A DNA stretch of 64,000 nucleotides from Leucoraja ocellata (taxonomy: Eukaryota). The notes under the pieces were generated by a model, which did no database searches, had not been told where the DNA came from, and saw nothing but the letters and a program-made list of their open reading frames with translations. A program made the position numbers and the translations under genes. The stretch is from contig JAWMAR010000060.1 in the NCBI GenBank assembly GCA_036785375.1, positions 4,960,001 to 5,024,000 on the forward strand. Reading direction: 5' to 3'. Below are positions 39,104 to 52,158 of the stretch, piece by piece (within the stretch, counting starts at the first letter, position 1; every line of letters begins with the position of its first letter).

Positions 39104-42100
39104 CGGCCTTGGACTTAGCTATTTCTAAAAGGCCTATAGTGCTCATTCAAATACCAGGGTGTTTTGCCCAGGTCATTACCTTTGTGGAGGGGAGAAAGTA
39201 GCCAAAATGCATGGGCTCTACACTGCCTATATAGTCTATAGAGACTATTCGATAACCGTCTTTAAACATTTGTAAATATAACTTCGAGTGAAAAAATCAA
39301 TAGATCTGTAAATATCTGTTTGATGATCAGAGAAAAAAACAAATCGGGACCATACCGACTAATATTTAACAACATCCGTGATCGGATAATTTGCTTTTAG
39401 GAATTTGAAATTAATTTAAACTTTCAAAAAAAGTTGCACAAAGCGCTGTATTGTTTCACTAATACATCTGCATTTGATTTCAAATCCTCTTATTTGTGCT
39501 CCCATCCCTATGCTAAGTGTTCCAAATTTAATCCTCAACATTTTATTTGAGAATGTCATCCTTCTTAAAGAAACCTATTTTAGGCAAAAATCGCTTTTAA
39601 TCTATAACATTCAGTTTTAAAATTGTGACACGTAGACCTTTTTTCCCCTCAAATTCACCGGCCGAGTGTTCCCAATCGATTCTATTGCCGTTTAGGAATA
39701 TTTTTTTAATTTCTTACAAACTATTCTAGTAACAAGTGTCAACATTGCAAAACGAAATTATTCGTTTGAAATAAGTTTCCGATCATTTTTTAAGGGGGTA
39801 TAAAGGTCAATTTATGCATGATGGATTTCCTTCTTTTCTTCATTTCTATGTGTTGCACTATAGCATGCCGTTCTCCTCGTTCACCAAAACATGCGACCTC
39901 TCTATACGTTTATCACTTACTCTATCAGCAGCTTTATTCCTATTTGTCCATACATACATAAAGTGAGTGTATGTTGAGATCTGTATTGTAAATGTATATT
40001 ATGTGTTTTAAGAGGAATGCGATCGGGTGGGGTGGGGGAAGAAGAAGGTTAGATGGACTCCGAGTAAAGATGGCTTCTTTACCTACTGAATAATGCATTT
40101 ATGTTCGTACCGCATATGAAATCGTTCGTCTTTTTGCAAACTCTCGGTATACGGGTTATGCCATTCGGCCTGCTCGTAACCAACATTATTTTCGTTTATC
40201 TCTGTAATTTCTGTTATTTCTTTAAACTAACCCATTACCTGTGTACCAATGATTTTCGAAAGCACGCATTCTCCAGTTCCAAGGTAGAACTGTAATGTTG
40301 TTTTGCGAAATACATTGTCTCCAGTTGCTTGTAACTTGCTACCGTGTAAATCCAAAGATCTAACAAACATATATGTGAAAGCTTTATGGTTTCTAACAAT
40401 CTTTATATAAAATGGACTTGATCTTTATGTTTAATATGACGAAACGGCAACAGTGCAACTAACTGTGACCAGACATTCGGTATATCTAAAATTAATGCCC
40501 TAGACAACATTTGTCCTTCTCTGATTCAATTCTGTACTTTGAACACTGCAAGCACAGTCAATATTAATCTGCAACCCATATTTAGCATTAGCCACGAATC
40601 TATAATGGTTCCAGTGCTGACCCATTTGTAAATCATTGCTATTATATATTTAAACGATAAAGAAAACAAGAGATAGTCCTCGTCATATACTTCTTCAAAT
40701 AAATAAAAGTATTCAAGGATGTAAATAAGATTTAAACAACATTATATGTGTCGTTTTGTCTTTAAAGGCTACACGTCTAACCAAGTGAGCAAAACAGAAC
40801 TAAATGAAGTATTGCATAGGCCACATCCCTATATAATTTTATGATTTAAACTAGATGTCATTTCGAACATATGTACCTGTGAAGTCTTCATTAATTCTAA
40901 ATTAGCAGCAGTTGTTCTACATTTCTTTTTTTGCAAGAAGGTTTCTCTGAATCTAAATCTAATTGATGTAAATCTTTGCCTTGGGGTAGATTGTGTACGC
41001 TGCTGTATCGTGGAATTCAACAGACAGACTGCATCTTAACCCCTAAAATGTTTTTCAGGCAGAAAAATGAGAATCTAAATAAAACAATTGTATTTTTTTC
41101 GACAAAAGTCGTTTGGTTTTTGTACAGTTACTGAAGATTTACCTGATACATTTACACAGCAGATAGAAAATATACCGTAGTCGATTATTCAATATGAAAT
41201 ACAATGTGTCTCGATCATGAAAAGAACATTTTTTTCTTTCCTTTCGTCAGTAATTGAGGTCGCTCAGTCGCTAGGGTTCACCTGGAGTCCATAGCATGAT
41301 ACACGGGTAACATCAAAGCAATTTTATCTTTTGTGCTGATAGTCAAGATCGTGCTATAACATTGGACATCAAACTCTGTCCTGAGCAGATGATTGCAAGT
41401 CGTGCAAAACGTAAACTTTTGACCCTCAACTTTTTGACCTATAGTTGTACCGCCCTGCCAACCACCCGTACAGGGGAGCCTTTTTCAAAGGCACCATTGG
41501 GGACTAAATAATATCCCTTTTCGTTCACTATTTTCATGATGTACGGCTAATTTCAAGTTTGGGAAGGCTAAAAGAACCCCCACACCACCACCCCTCCCCC
41601 TCTGCCCTTCACCCAACCCTCTTCCCACCCTCCTGCTCCCCCATAAGCGAAGCGCTCCTTTAATTTCAAAAATGGCATGAACCTCAACAGTCTGCAAGCT
41701 GTTCATTCAAGTGCTCCTTTATTTTGTTGGATATTCCAAACTGGGTAAGTTTTTTTATTGCAGCGACCAGCCGATGTAATTATAGATAGCACAGCGAAAA
41801 AAAACAACTCAATTTAGCGTGAGTTACTTTAGCATATTCGTTTTTTTTCCCTTTACACAGATAGAACAATGGATACGTGAGCTCTTCAGCCCATGCTAAA
41901 ACTGACTGTGAACTTGGTCTAAAGCGAGCTCTGCTGGTGAGTCGCAGAGTGTGCAGATACAATTTCCTTCAATTCCTTCTTTTTCCTTTCTGGAAACATA
42001 TTCTCTGTGATTTAAGGAACGAAAATCCCCCACACCATCAAAACATTTCCAATCCAAATTGTATATTGTAGCAAAAGAGGTGCGCATTTTTATGTCCCTT

Positions 42101-42389
42101 GGCAAGACTGAGGTTCGTTCGTTCTGAAGATAAAACAAAATACAACTACGAATTATCTTAAGTTCAACTACAGACATTAAATATCACTGAGAAGAAATAA
42201 TAAACGTTGTTACGTTTTTTTTTCTGTGATTCTAAACTGTCTCCAAAATACTGTTTCAATTTACCCTTTCCTGCCTCCGCGCGTTAACAAATGCAAACGC
42301 ATAAACACAAAGTAATTCAAATTGCTATTTTTATCGTTGGGCAACCATATCTTAAGGTGTGCATGAGAAATCATTTGTACTCTCCCATA

Positions 42390-42421
42390 CCCCCCCCCCC
42401 CCCCCCCCCCCCCCTCCCCCC
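42390..42421 (+). repeat. Poly-C tract
   Basis: C25-T-C6 read directly. Confidence 0.9.
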
Positions 42422-43996
42422 ACACACACTTTTATTTTATGATGGACAAATCTCTGGTAATAAAATAAAAGACAATACCGGTTTATTTAGTGAGTCCACC
42501 TATGTTTCCCCCTTTCCCACTGCAGCAGGATACAATGAAATGTACACAATTCTTCAGGCGGTTTATTATATCTACTCTACCAGCGAACACAGCAGTTATT
42601 AATGAAAGTATTTCAGGGGCTTAACAAGGTCTCTGTTCTGCAAGGTCATACTGCAGTCAAAACTTTACGGGTGAAAACATCATGGCAGCGTTTTGAATAA
42701 CAATCTATTTCTTAAGATCACTATTTGTCTCGACTGAAATACAGTTAATACCACGAACCTTCGTATCAAGGGACTTCATACAAATAAAGCAATAAAATTT
42801 GAATACGACTCAAGCCCTGAGAGCATATGTGTGTTACTTTCTATTAATATCCTTAATTTTAAGAATTTAGATATTTCATCTAACCATATCGTTAAAAGTC
42901 AAACATGTAAACTAAATACAACAGAAGAAGGAAATCAGTCGGCAAAACACTGATTCAGCTTGCTGGGTAATCTGACATTATGTGTTAGGTTAACACGTGG
43001 ATAATATTCTCACACCTACATTTATATGTATTTACCCTGTGGGTAAGCTGTGTGGTAACGCATAATGTTCACAAACATGAATATTACCACTTACTATGTG
43101 TTATTTTGTGCTGTAATGAATGGCAAACCAATTATCTTACTTTCTCATAAATAGGAAATCTCAATACTGCTAGACGCCCTTTCCACCCCCCAACTACCAA
43201 AAATCCACTGAAGGGTGGGGCCCAGAAATGTGTCGCATAATATAAAGCTGCATTCGTTTCATACATAACATTTAAATTGCACCATTAAATTGCCTGTACC
43301 TTGCTCTAGATTTGAGAAAGAATTTCATGTATACAGTTTAGGGGAAAACTTCTATTCTATCCACAGATAAACTAGCATACATTTCAATTGAAGAACGTGG
43401 TGCCCTTTCGATGCCCTTAGCACAGACGAAACGTAAGCACGTCGCATTCCAGATTTTATGGCGTCCATCTCTTTAGCACACACAACCTTTCATTTGTTTT
43501 ACATTTATATTTGTACCGCGATAAGAGAATTGTTGCCTGAGAGGTACAGAGGCTGCTTTTAATTTTAACCATCGATTAATGAGATGGCGTCTTAAAGGGT
43601 AAATATATGATACGATAAAGCTCTGAATTAAGTTCCTCAAATGAAACTTAACCAATAGCTTATTTAAGAAACTAAAATATTTTTGCAGTTATGTCCTATT
43701 TAGACATTGCAAAGCAGCTTTTTTAAGGGAAATTTGATTCACTATAATTTCAGAATAAATATTCTGTTCTGACGGAAATTTAATTTATTGATAATTTATG
43801 TTTGACTCACTGAACAGATTGCCTTTGTACTGCGTGTATGTCTTTGGCACAAGGGTCTTCTTGAAGAACAACTTCGTAAAAGACGCCCCCAATAATGAAC
43901 CCGTGTTTCTAAAAAAAAATATCGTTCACGTAAAATGGCAGCCTCAAACCATAGAGAGAAATCATCTGAAAGGCAAACACACACAATTCTCCTCAG

Positions 43997-44341
43997 NNNN
44001 NNNNNNNNNNNNNNNNNNNNNNNNNNNNNNNNNNNNNNNNNNNNNNNNNNNNNNNNNNNNNNNNNNNNNNNNNNNNNNNNNNNNNNNNNNNNNNNNNNNN
44101 NNNNNNNNNNNNNNNNNNNNNNNNNNNNNNNNNNNNNNNNNNNNNNNNNNNNNNNNNNNNNNNNNNNNNNNNNNNNNNNNNNNNNNNNNNNNNNNNNNNN
44201 NNNNNNNNNNNNNNNNNNNNNNNNNNNNNNNNNNNNNNNNNNNNNNNNNNNNNNNNNNNNNNNNNNNNNNNNNNNNNNNNNNNNNNNNNNNNNNNNNNNN
44301 NNNNNNNNNNNNNNNNNNNNNNNNNNNNNNNNNNNNNNNNN
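43997..44341. other. Assembly gap (345 N)
   Basis: Run of n. Confidence 1.
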
Positions 44342-46324
44342 CCATAGTTTAGTGAAAATGGAAGGAAGGCTGTGGAGGAAAGCTACCTCCTTGATGCTAC
44401 CTCTTTTAGGAAAGAACCATAAACCATTCTGTGCCATTGGTCCCCACAGAATATCTGCATTGCACAACTGTGAGCGGTTACCAATTTGGGCAGCATATAT
44501 ATAATCTTTTAGCCCTTCATTATGCTCCTCCGCCTTGTTTGCCCAGTTTGGAGACTCTGGTTTTTTAATGAAATGCTTTCTTAAGTTCCGCATATGATAT
44601 CAAATGCACAAACCTTTGGGTATTGTTTGAAACGAAATAATATATTAACACTGATGTTTAGGAATTAGTTCAAGTAAATCAGTAATAACTGTTACAAGTA
44701 ACAAGTAATCTTGGTCTGAATGCCACTCTAGCAGCGAGTGAAACTAAACATCGTTTCGTCTTGTTATAAGAGGAATTTAAGTGATCCGGACAGATGATAT
44801 ATTAAACTGTCATATTTAAATGTAAACTAATACAAAGGAAATTACAACAGATTGACGCGAATGACATGGCCGATCCGGAACTGCTGTACTGATACAGGGG
44901 CCGATTTCCTTTATTTACTGTTGGATTTTTATAGCACATCGTAAAACGGACCTAATTACAGTGGAATGTTTTGAGTGGAAGTTTTGGAGGGTAATTGCTT
45001 TCAACCTCTTTAATCGCGTAGCCGCCTACCAACTCCACTTCATGCCCTATAGTCTGCCTTAGACATTTTAAATGAAATTTGAATATCCATAGAAGGTAAT
45101 AAATTGTGTTCTCAATTGGGGAAACAATTTTCGTAGTTCAGAAATAGTCTCTTCAAGAAGCTTTAGATTATACTTGGAAGTCTCCTACGTACTAGACTAG
45201 CGGAAGCTTCAAAGAATGAAAAATCGGTCATAAAGTTTATGGTTGGTCAGCCACTACTGTGGGAAACCCGCAATTCACCAACAACAATGTTGATGTTACA
45301 ATAGTTACAGTTAAAGTTGCAGCAGTCCTTCCTTTGGCTGCATTTCACTATTTTAAACAATTAATGTGTTACATTCGCACACATGCCTCATCTTAGGTCG
45401 TAAATAAGTTTGTTTCCCCAAATCACACCTTTAGTTATATTACGTTTTCTAATTCCTCAAAGGAATGATGATTGTCGTCATAAAAGTTCAATTTCGTGAA
45501 GGGGGTTGGGGAAGAGAATGGTTTGCCTGAATGTGTGAAAGAATCATGTAGTACACTTTGTGTACCTTAATCAGACCGTGTTTGCCGACTGAGTTTATAT
45601 TGGAACTCTTTAAGCAACACATATCCTGCTCATTAAAGTATCAATGGCCCGCACCTTCCCAAATTGCAGGACAATTAATACATTTGAAACATAAACTTAG
45701 TAATAACACCAATAGGAGACTTGTCACAACAACAGGATAACACTTCCCTCAAGCAAATCACAGATAAGAAAATAAAATAGCACAGTTATCTGAGCTTGCG
45801 GGATAGAAATAGGAATATTCTGTCCACGGTATTGAGGGACTTAACAACACCAATAGCTTTTGGTAAGAAATAATCGTGTCTTTCAAAAACCTGTTACACA
45901 CATTTTTATTAATGAAACCCAAACGCCTCTCTCAAAATTATTTCCTTGCCTAATCTGTCCTTTTTATTTACTGCCCAGTTTGTAAAGTAGAAGCTTCATT
46001 TGAACGCAGAAAGAAATGAATCGGTAGTTTACCCAGGCTCATTTCTGCCTCAATGCACTCTGGGTGCTACTTAAGGCCTGTTCTACTGGGCCAAATTTCT
46101 TTGCGAACTGTAATGATAATATTTCAACAAAAATTACCTTGTGTTGCAAGAAAATACAACTTTCCTGTACACTGGAGTGGTGGAGCTGTGGATAGTCCTC
46201 TGAACAAGAAGATTAGCCATTTGAGTGGCTTGTCTGCACACGCAATCTGCAAAGGAGCCAAATGAAGTCCAGCGTCAGTGAGATTATATGTTATGTAGAA
46301 TATACTGTTGGTTGTCAACTCCCC

Positions 46325-46510
46325 AAAACCATAAAACTTACTTTAATGACACCACGTGATTTTTTATAGCCAGTGAGGCTATCAGTCTGTGCTATGGATG
46401 ATTTTACGATCTAATTCATAGACAAAACCCTATTCATTTGGCACCCAAATGTCATATAGCCGGAACTGAGGTGTATAAAAGTTTACTGTTTATAACTTTA
46501 AAGGACAAGC
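46325..46510. promoter_or_regulatory. Motif-dense element 3' of HoxA5 (Cdx/Hox sites, E-box, TATA)
   Basis: CCATAAAA near 46329, CACGTG at 46353-46358, TTTTACGA near 46402, GGCACCCAAAT at 46440-46450, TATAAAA at 46474-46480. Confidence 0.6.
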
Positions 46511-47944
46511 ACTCACTCAGCAGAAAGGGTGAAAGTGCTGATCTCCTTGCTGTCAGGAGCTAAGTGGTGACTTTTCTGCCCTGCTTTGTCGCGGTAAGTA
46601 AAGTTAACTCTGTAAAGTGAAAATACCTGTTGGAAAAGGTTTACGCTACACTTTAGCAGGGAGTTGAGAGATCGTGACTATCGCCTACCTTCGGGACATA
46701 AGTGTTTGAAATGCTTCAGGGTACAATTTTTCCTCAGACCCACACTATACAGTTTCAGAGAAATCGGGTCTATCAAAAGGGTTTGTTCAAATGCAAGAAC
46801 AGTAAGAGCAGCAACAAAGAAGTAGACGTTGAGCAGTACAGTTGAGCAAACGGTGCGCAAATATCAGTGCGCAAGAAATGGGATTCAAGAGGCGGACGTT
46901 TTCACTTCGAAATGCGTAAAAAACACCATACTACAATTTAGCACCATGTGTAAATATTCAGTGTACTAATTTCTACCGAATTCCGCCATTTGCACTAATA
47001 AGAAAATTTGAAATGCATTGCTTAAAGACCCGCCTTTATAAGTTTGCGCAGCTTCAATACCTACGCTAAACCAATCTGCAGACTTTTCATCCAGAGAAAT
47101 GGGGCAAAGTTATAAAAAATAGGTCAAACATGTACTTTTCTTAGGAGGTTTGGACAAAAACTATGTTAAACGTAATTAGTAGAAATATTTTAATGCACAA
47201 GACAACAAAGGCAAGATAAATACTTATTTGGGAGGCTAAAGAGCAGGAAAGTTACTATAGAAACTTTATTTTAACTTCCAGTCAGTTTTAAAAACAAATA
47301 CAAAAGCTCATCACTAATTTCTTAAACTGCCAGTCTTTTAGGCTTTATATTTATCCTTTGTCACAAAAAACATACACCGACGCTGCGCTAAGAGCCACTT
47401 ATTGGAATTCGTGCAAAGTCATACAAAGGCACAGCATAGACATACAGTTCAAAGTCGCAATACCCTTCACAAAATTCACTGCTCACTAATAACACAGAAT
47501 AGGTAGCATTTCAGTGATTTAACACCACGATATCCAATACAGAGGACGATGGTCTGAAATTAAATACGTATTGCAAGCTTGGAGCTATTTTGACATTTAG
47601 CAACACTAATACATACATACACTTTTTTTTGCAGAGTGCAACACATAATTACATTTTACTGGACGATTTTATACAGTTACTTCAAGTAATACCGCTTGTA
47701 TTAATATAAATAAGTTAAACAGCTATAATTCACAAGGCTATCCTATTCCTAGACAATATACTGTAAGCAATGACTTGTACAGGCAACAGTACGACCAGAA
47801 AGCAGACTAACGATGCAAAGATTGGAATACGGCAATATGGAAATGCTTTTCTTCATAGAAGTAACACGGGAAAAAGAGTTTTGGAAGTCAGTACTGTATT
47901 GACATTATGCTAATTGGTTAGCTACTGCCCAGTGCTTCCATTGA

Positions 47945-48304
<360 letters not shown>

Positions 48305-48664
48305 CTACCACCCGCCTATCTACATTAACCTTTATGCTCCTTGTGCGCCTTCATAGTAAAATGACTTTAGAAACTTAACTGGTACAAAATGTTGAAGTCT
48401 CCACTTGGCCGAACCTGTCCCTATTATCAACCACACCTTTTTCAACCTAACAATTCTTATTTACCCATACCATAGTGACACGTAACTGGATACCTTCCTA
48501 ATATTACCCCCCCCCCCCCCCCCTCACGCAAATGGTTACAAATATAATTACAACTTATAAAATATGATCCTTATAGAAATCTCAGCGAATATATTTAGCG
48601 TTTTGATTTACAGTGTGCAAAGTAATTTGAGATTCCACTAATGCAAAGATGAAAGGTGGTTTAC

Positions 48665-49241
48665 CGTGACTTATGTGCAGTTTTCGCATCCAGGGGTAAA
48701 TCTGAGGCTGCTGCTGTGCTGTGCCTTGTCCGTTCTGTGAACTTGGAGGGTCGCTGCTTGCCGGGGTGTCATCCTCAGTACCAGGCGACGTGCCAACCCC
48801 ATCTCTACTGATTTGACTGCTGCTGCTGCTGGAATTTGAGGAGGTAGTTGGGCTTGCTATGGAGTTTTTGATTCCGGGGTGGTTGTCACTGGCAGGCGGA
48901 CTGACCACGGCGGAGCAGGGCAGAGGGTCAGGTGAAGGAGATTGAGTGGACGTGGCAGGTTGGTTGTACCTGGTGTCTGCTCCTGCTTCTGGTCCTGCTG
49001 CTGCTGTTGTTGCTCCTGCAGGGTAGCTTCGAGATCTTTCACTGGCATTAAAGTGGTTAGATGCTGGACGGCTAATGCTGAGATCCATCCCATTGTAACC
49101 GTAGCCGTACCTGCTGGAATGCATCGTTGCAGAATCCCTGTATTGCTCGCTCACCGAGCTATGATCTCCATAATTATGTAACTGGTAGTCCGGGCCATTT
49201 GGATAGCGACCGCAGAATGAGTTTACAAAGTAAGAGCTCAT
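48665..49241 (-). CDS. HOXA5: Homeobox protein Hox-A5, coding exon 1
   Basis: [21 protein letters not shown] start, [15 protein letters not shown] hexapeptide, donor CACG|GTAA, phase 1. Confidence 0.97.
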
Positions 49242-49279
49242 TTGATTTTTTTATTTATTTATTTTTTACTTGATTTGTG

Positions 49280-49470
49280 GCTCTTGGTCGTTTGTGCGTC
49301 TAGCACCCTGCACAATTTATGATGAATTATGGAAATGACTGGGACATGTACTTCGTTCCCTCCTACGTAGGCACCCAAATATGGGGTACGACTTGTAATC
49401 ACGTGCTTTTGTTGTCCACAGTCGTAAATTCTCGCTGATGACCTCTAGAGGTAAATCCATGCACTGTGGC
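49280..49470 (-). promoter_or_regulatory. HoxA5 proximal promoter / 5'UTR block
   Basis: TTTATG site near 49316, GGCACCCAAAT at 49370-49380, CACGTG at 49400-49405, TCGTAAA near 49422. Confidence 0.7.
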
Positions 49471-49563
49471 TACAAATTGGAAGGTTGCGAGGAAGAAAGG
49501 AAGAAGGGAACGCGCACGGGGGCGCGCCGGCTGCTCCCAGCACTGGCTTTGGGTTGTCCTTGC

Positions 49564-49577
49564 GCGCCACCCTCTGG
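49564..49577 (-). promoter_or_regulatory. Candidate CTCF site between HoxA5 and HoxA6
   Basis: CCAGAGGGTGGCGC resembles the CTCF core; a boundary between Hoxa5 and Hoxa6 is known in mammals. Confidence 0.5.
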
Positions 49578-51265
49578 AGACTGAGGCTATGTGACTGTGG
49601 TTCTGATGAACGGGGAAATCGGCCTCGGGTCGAATTAAGGCTACCACACATTTCAAACTTAACCGTTACATTTCGTAGAATAAATCACATAAACCAATGA
49701 GAAGAGCATCTTTCAAAAAAAGATCCACGCCGCACATCAGTACATTTGTTTAATCCACGAGAGCTGTTTTTTTATATAGAAAAAAAAAGCTAGCGCTGAT
49801 GATGATAGAGAGAGGACTCGACGTTTTCTTGTAGCTGGTTTGTTTTGAAATTTTAAAAATTAGGTTTAATTTTAGATGTGAATTTTGCGATGTTCGCACC
49901 CTTCCTTCGGCTGTCACCGCTGATTAGTTCAGGGGGGGACGGTATTGTGCAGCATCAAAATGCTAATTCTTTTCCTCTCTTAGGTTGCTTAATTTTTTTT
50001 ATTTTGTCTGCATGGCTCATAATCTTAGAGTTCTTCGTGCATCTGCGGAAATATCGAAGCCACCCCGCACTTAAATTCTCAAACCAACCTTCGTTTTCTT
50101 AAAACGCATGTCACGTATGCTGAAAATGCGTTTAAATCTTCCCAGTTTACTTTATTACTTAATGTATTCTAAACCAGAACCCCTTTTCAACTGGTAAATA
50201 AACGTTGTTTTGTGTCCAATTTAGGTGGAATTAATGTTTTTTAGCAGCATTCTGTGTTGGTTCGATTAGCAAATGCTGTATATTATCTAACAAAAGGCAG
50301 CGCACTCTACAAATAGATCTGCCTAATCAAAACATAAGCTTTGTGTCTGATACTATGTCTAGGTTCTCTGTAATAAATATTATGAAGAATGTTTTATAAT
50401 TTAATCGCGGCTCTAGCTACGTCTTTACTTGTGCATTTAGTGAAAACTGCCCTTTTTAATGGACCCAGAAACCAAATAGTCATTCCTACCACGTATACAG
50501 TCCATTTTTTTAACCTGAAACAAGGACATCAACCGATCAATTTCACAGTGCTAAGTTTCCTTTCACAGCTTATTTAATACAAAAGTTTTCGGCAGCTTAT
50601 GTTAAAGGCTAAGCTCAAAAATCGGGCACCTTATTTTCCTTATATATTAATGTATATCTTAATATATATTTAAGACATTTTATCTTCAAATCTTCAATTT
50701 AAAAGCGAAAGCGTTACCAACCTAGCTTGGTTTATCCTACCAATGTCAAGATAAAAGCATATATAATTGTTTTCTTTGTTGGGGAAAGAATGGCTCGACC
50801 TAACTGAATACTGTGCCCTCTTAATTGGCCAAATATAACAGAACATGGAAGCAAATTATGGACATATACAATGCAATATGTATCATTAGCAAATGGGCAT
50901 ATCTACAACATTCATTTATTTTAAGACTGTCAAATTATATCTACGGAGCAAACTATCCATTGAAACAACTGGATCATTATCTGTGGAGCAACCCATCACA
51001 TAGTAACGACTAGAGAAGCAGAAACATTCACACTTCGCATTTATAAAACAATTAATCCTACACCGTATAATTATTGTATCCTATGGAATGCGAATTATTT
51101 GAACACTTCCTCTACCAATTATACATAGACACAAGCTCAAGGGGAGGAACAACGAAAACAAACAGATATACGATTTTTTTTTTCTGAACTGTTTAGCAGA
51201 ATGAGCATGTAATAACTCACTACCAAACAGAAAGGCCCAGGATAACTTCCTTTGAATTTGCGCTC

Positions 51266-51559
<294 letters not shown>

Positions 51560-51728
51560 TCAAGCCAACAAGTAATATTATCAAATGAAACATATTATCC
51601 ATTTATCCGATTCGACTCCATTTAAACATTGTAATTAACAAACGTAGCATTCTATTCGTAAAGTTGAAATTAAGTGTCATAGGTAAAGTTTTTTTCTTTT
51701 ACATTGTATTCTACTAAAATATACTCAC

Positions 51729-52158
51729 TAGAACTTGAATTCATTCGTTGCATCCAAGGATAAATTGGAGTACTGTACTTCCGGTCGTTTCCTTCTTCAC
51801 TTAAAATTTTGTTTTGCGCACAATCTGTTTTGTAATGTTGGTCTGAGGAAAAGAAGTCATCCTGGGGTCTATGCTTTCCACTACCGGATGGCGAAATACT
51901 GGCTAGATCCTTTTCAGGATAGAAACAAGAAGCTCCATAGTCATACGACGCTCGATTGCAAGCTATTACTGAATTAGATTGTTGATAATAACAAGGTGAC
52001 GAGTAACTCTTGTCCTGGAGGGTGGTTGCCCCATAGGAAGCTGGAAAGTGCCTTAGAGCATCATAGCCCGTTGTATAGAGTGGGATCTGTCCGAGGAATG
52101 AGTCCTGGCCACTGGGCAGTGAAACAGGGAAAGTAGGGTTCACAAAATACGAACTCAT
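51729..52158 (-). CDS. HOXA6: Homeobox protein Hox-A6, coding exon 1
   Basis: [24 protein letters not shown] start (ATG at 52158), [10 protein letters not shown] hexapeptide, donor TCTA|GTGAGT, phase 1. Confidence 0.97.

Noticed and set aside
40495-40545. Faint resemblance to a reverse-complemented mir-10 precursor (ccctagac...caattctg)
   Set aside because: No seed match and no convincing hairpin; similarity too weak.
43033-43040. TACCCTGT between HoxA4 and HoxA5
   Set aside because: Wrong strand for a mir-10 gene and no extension beyond the seed.
43796-44593. Long ORFs of 127-265 aa
   Set aside because: Artefacts of the N gap.
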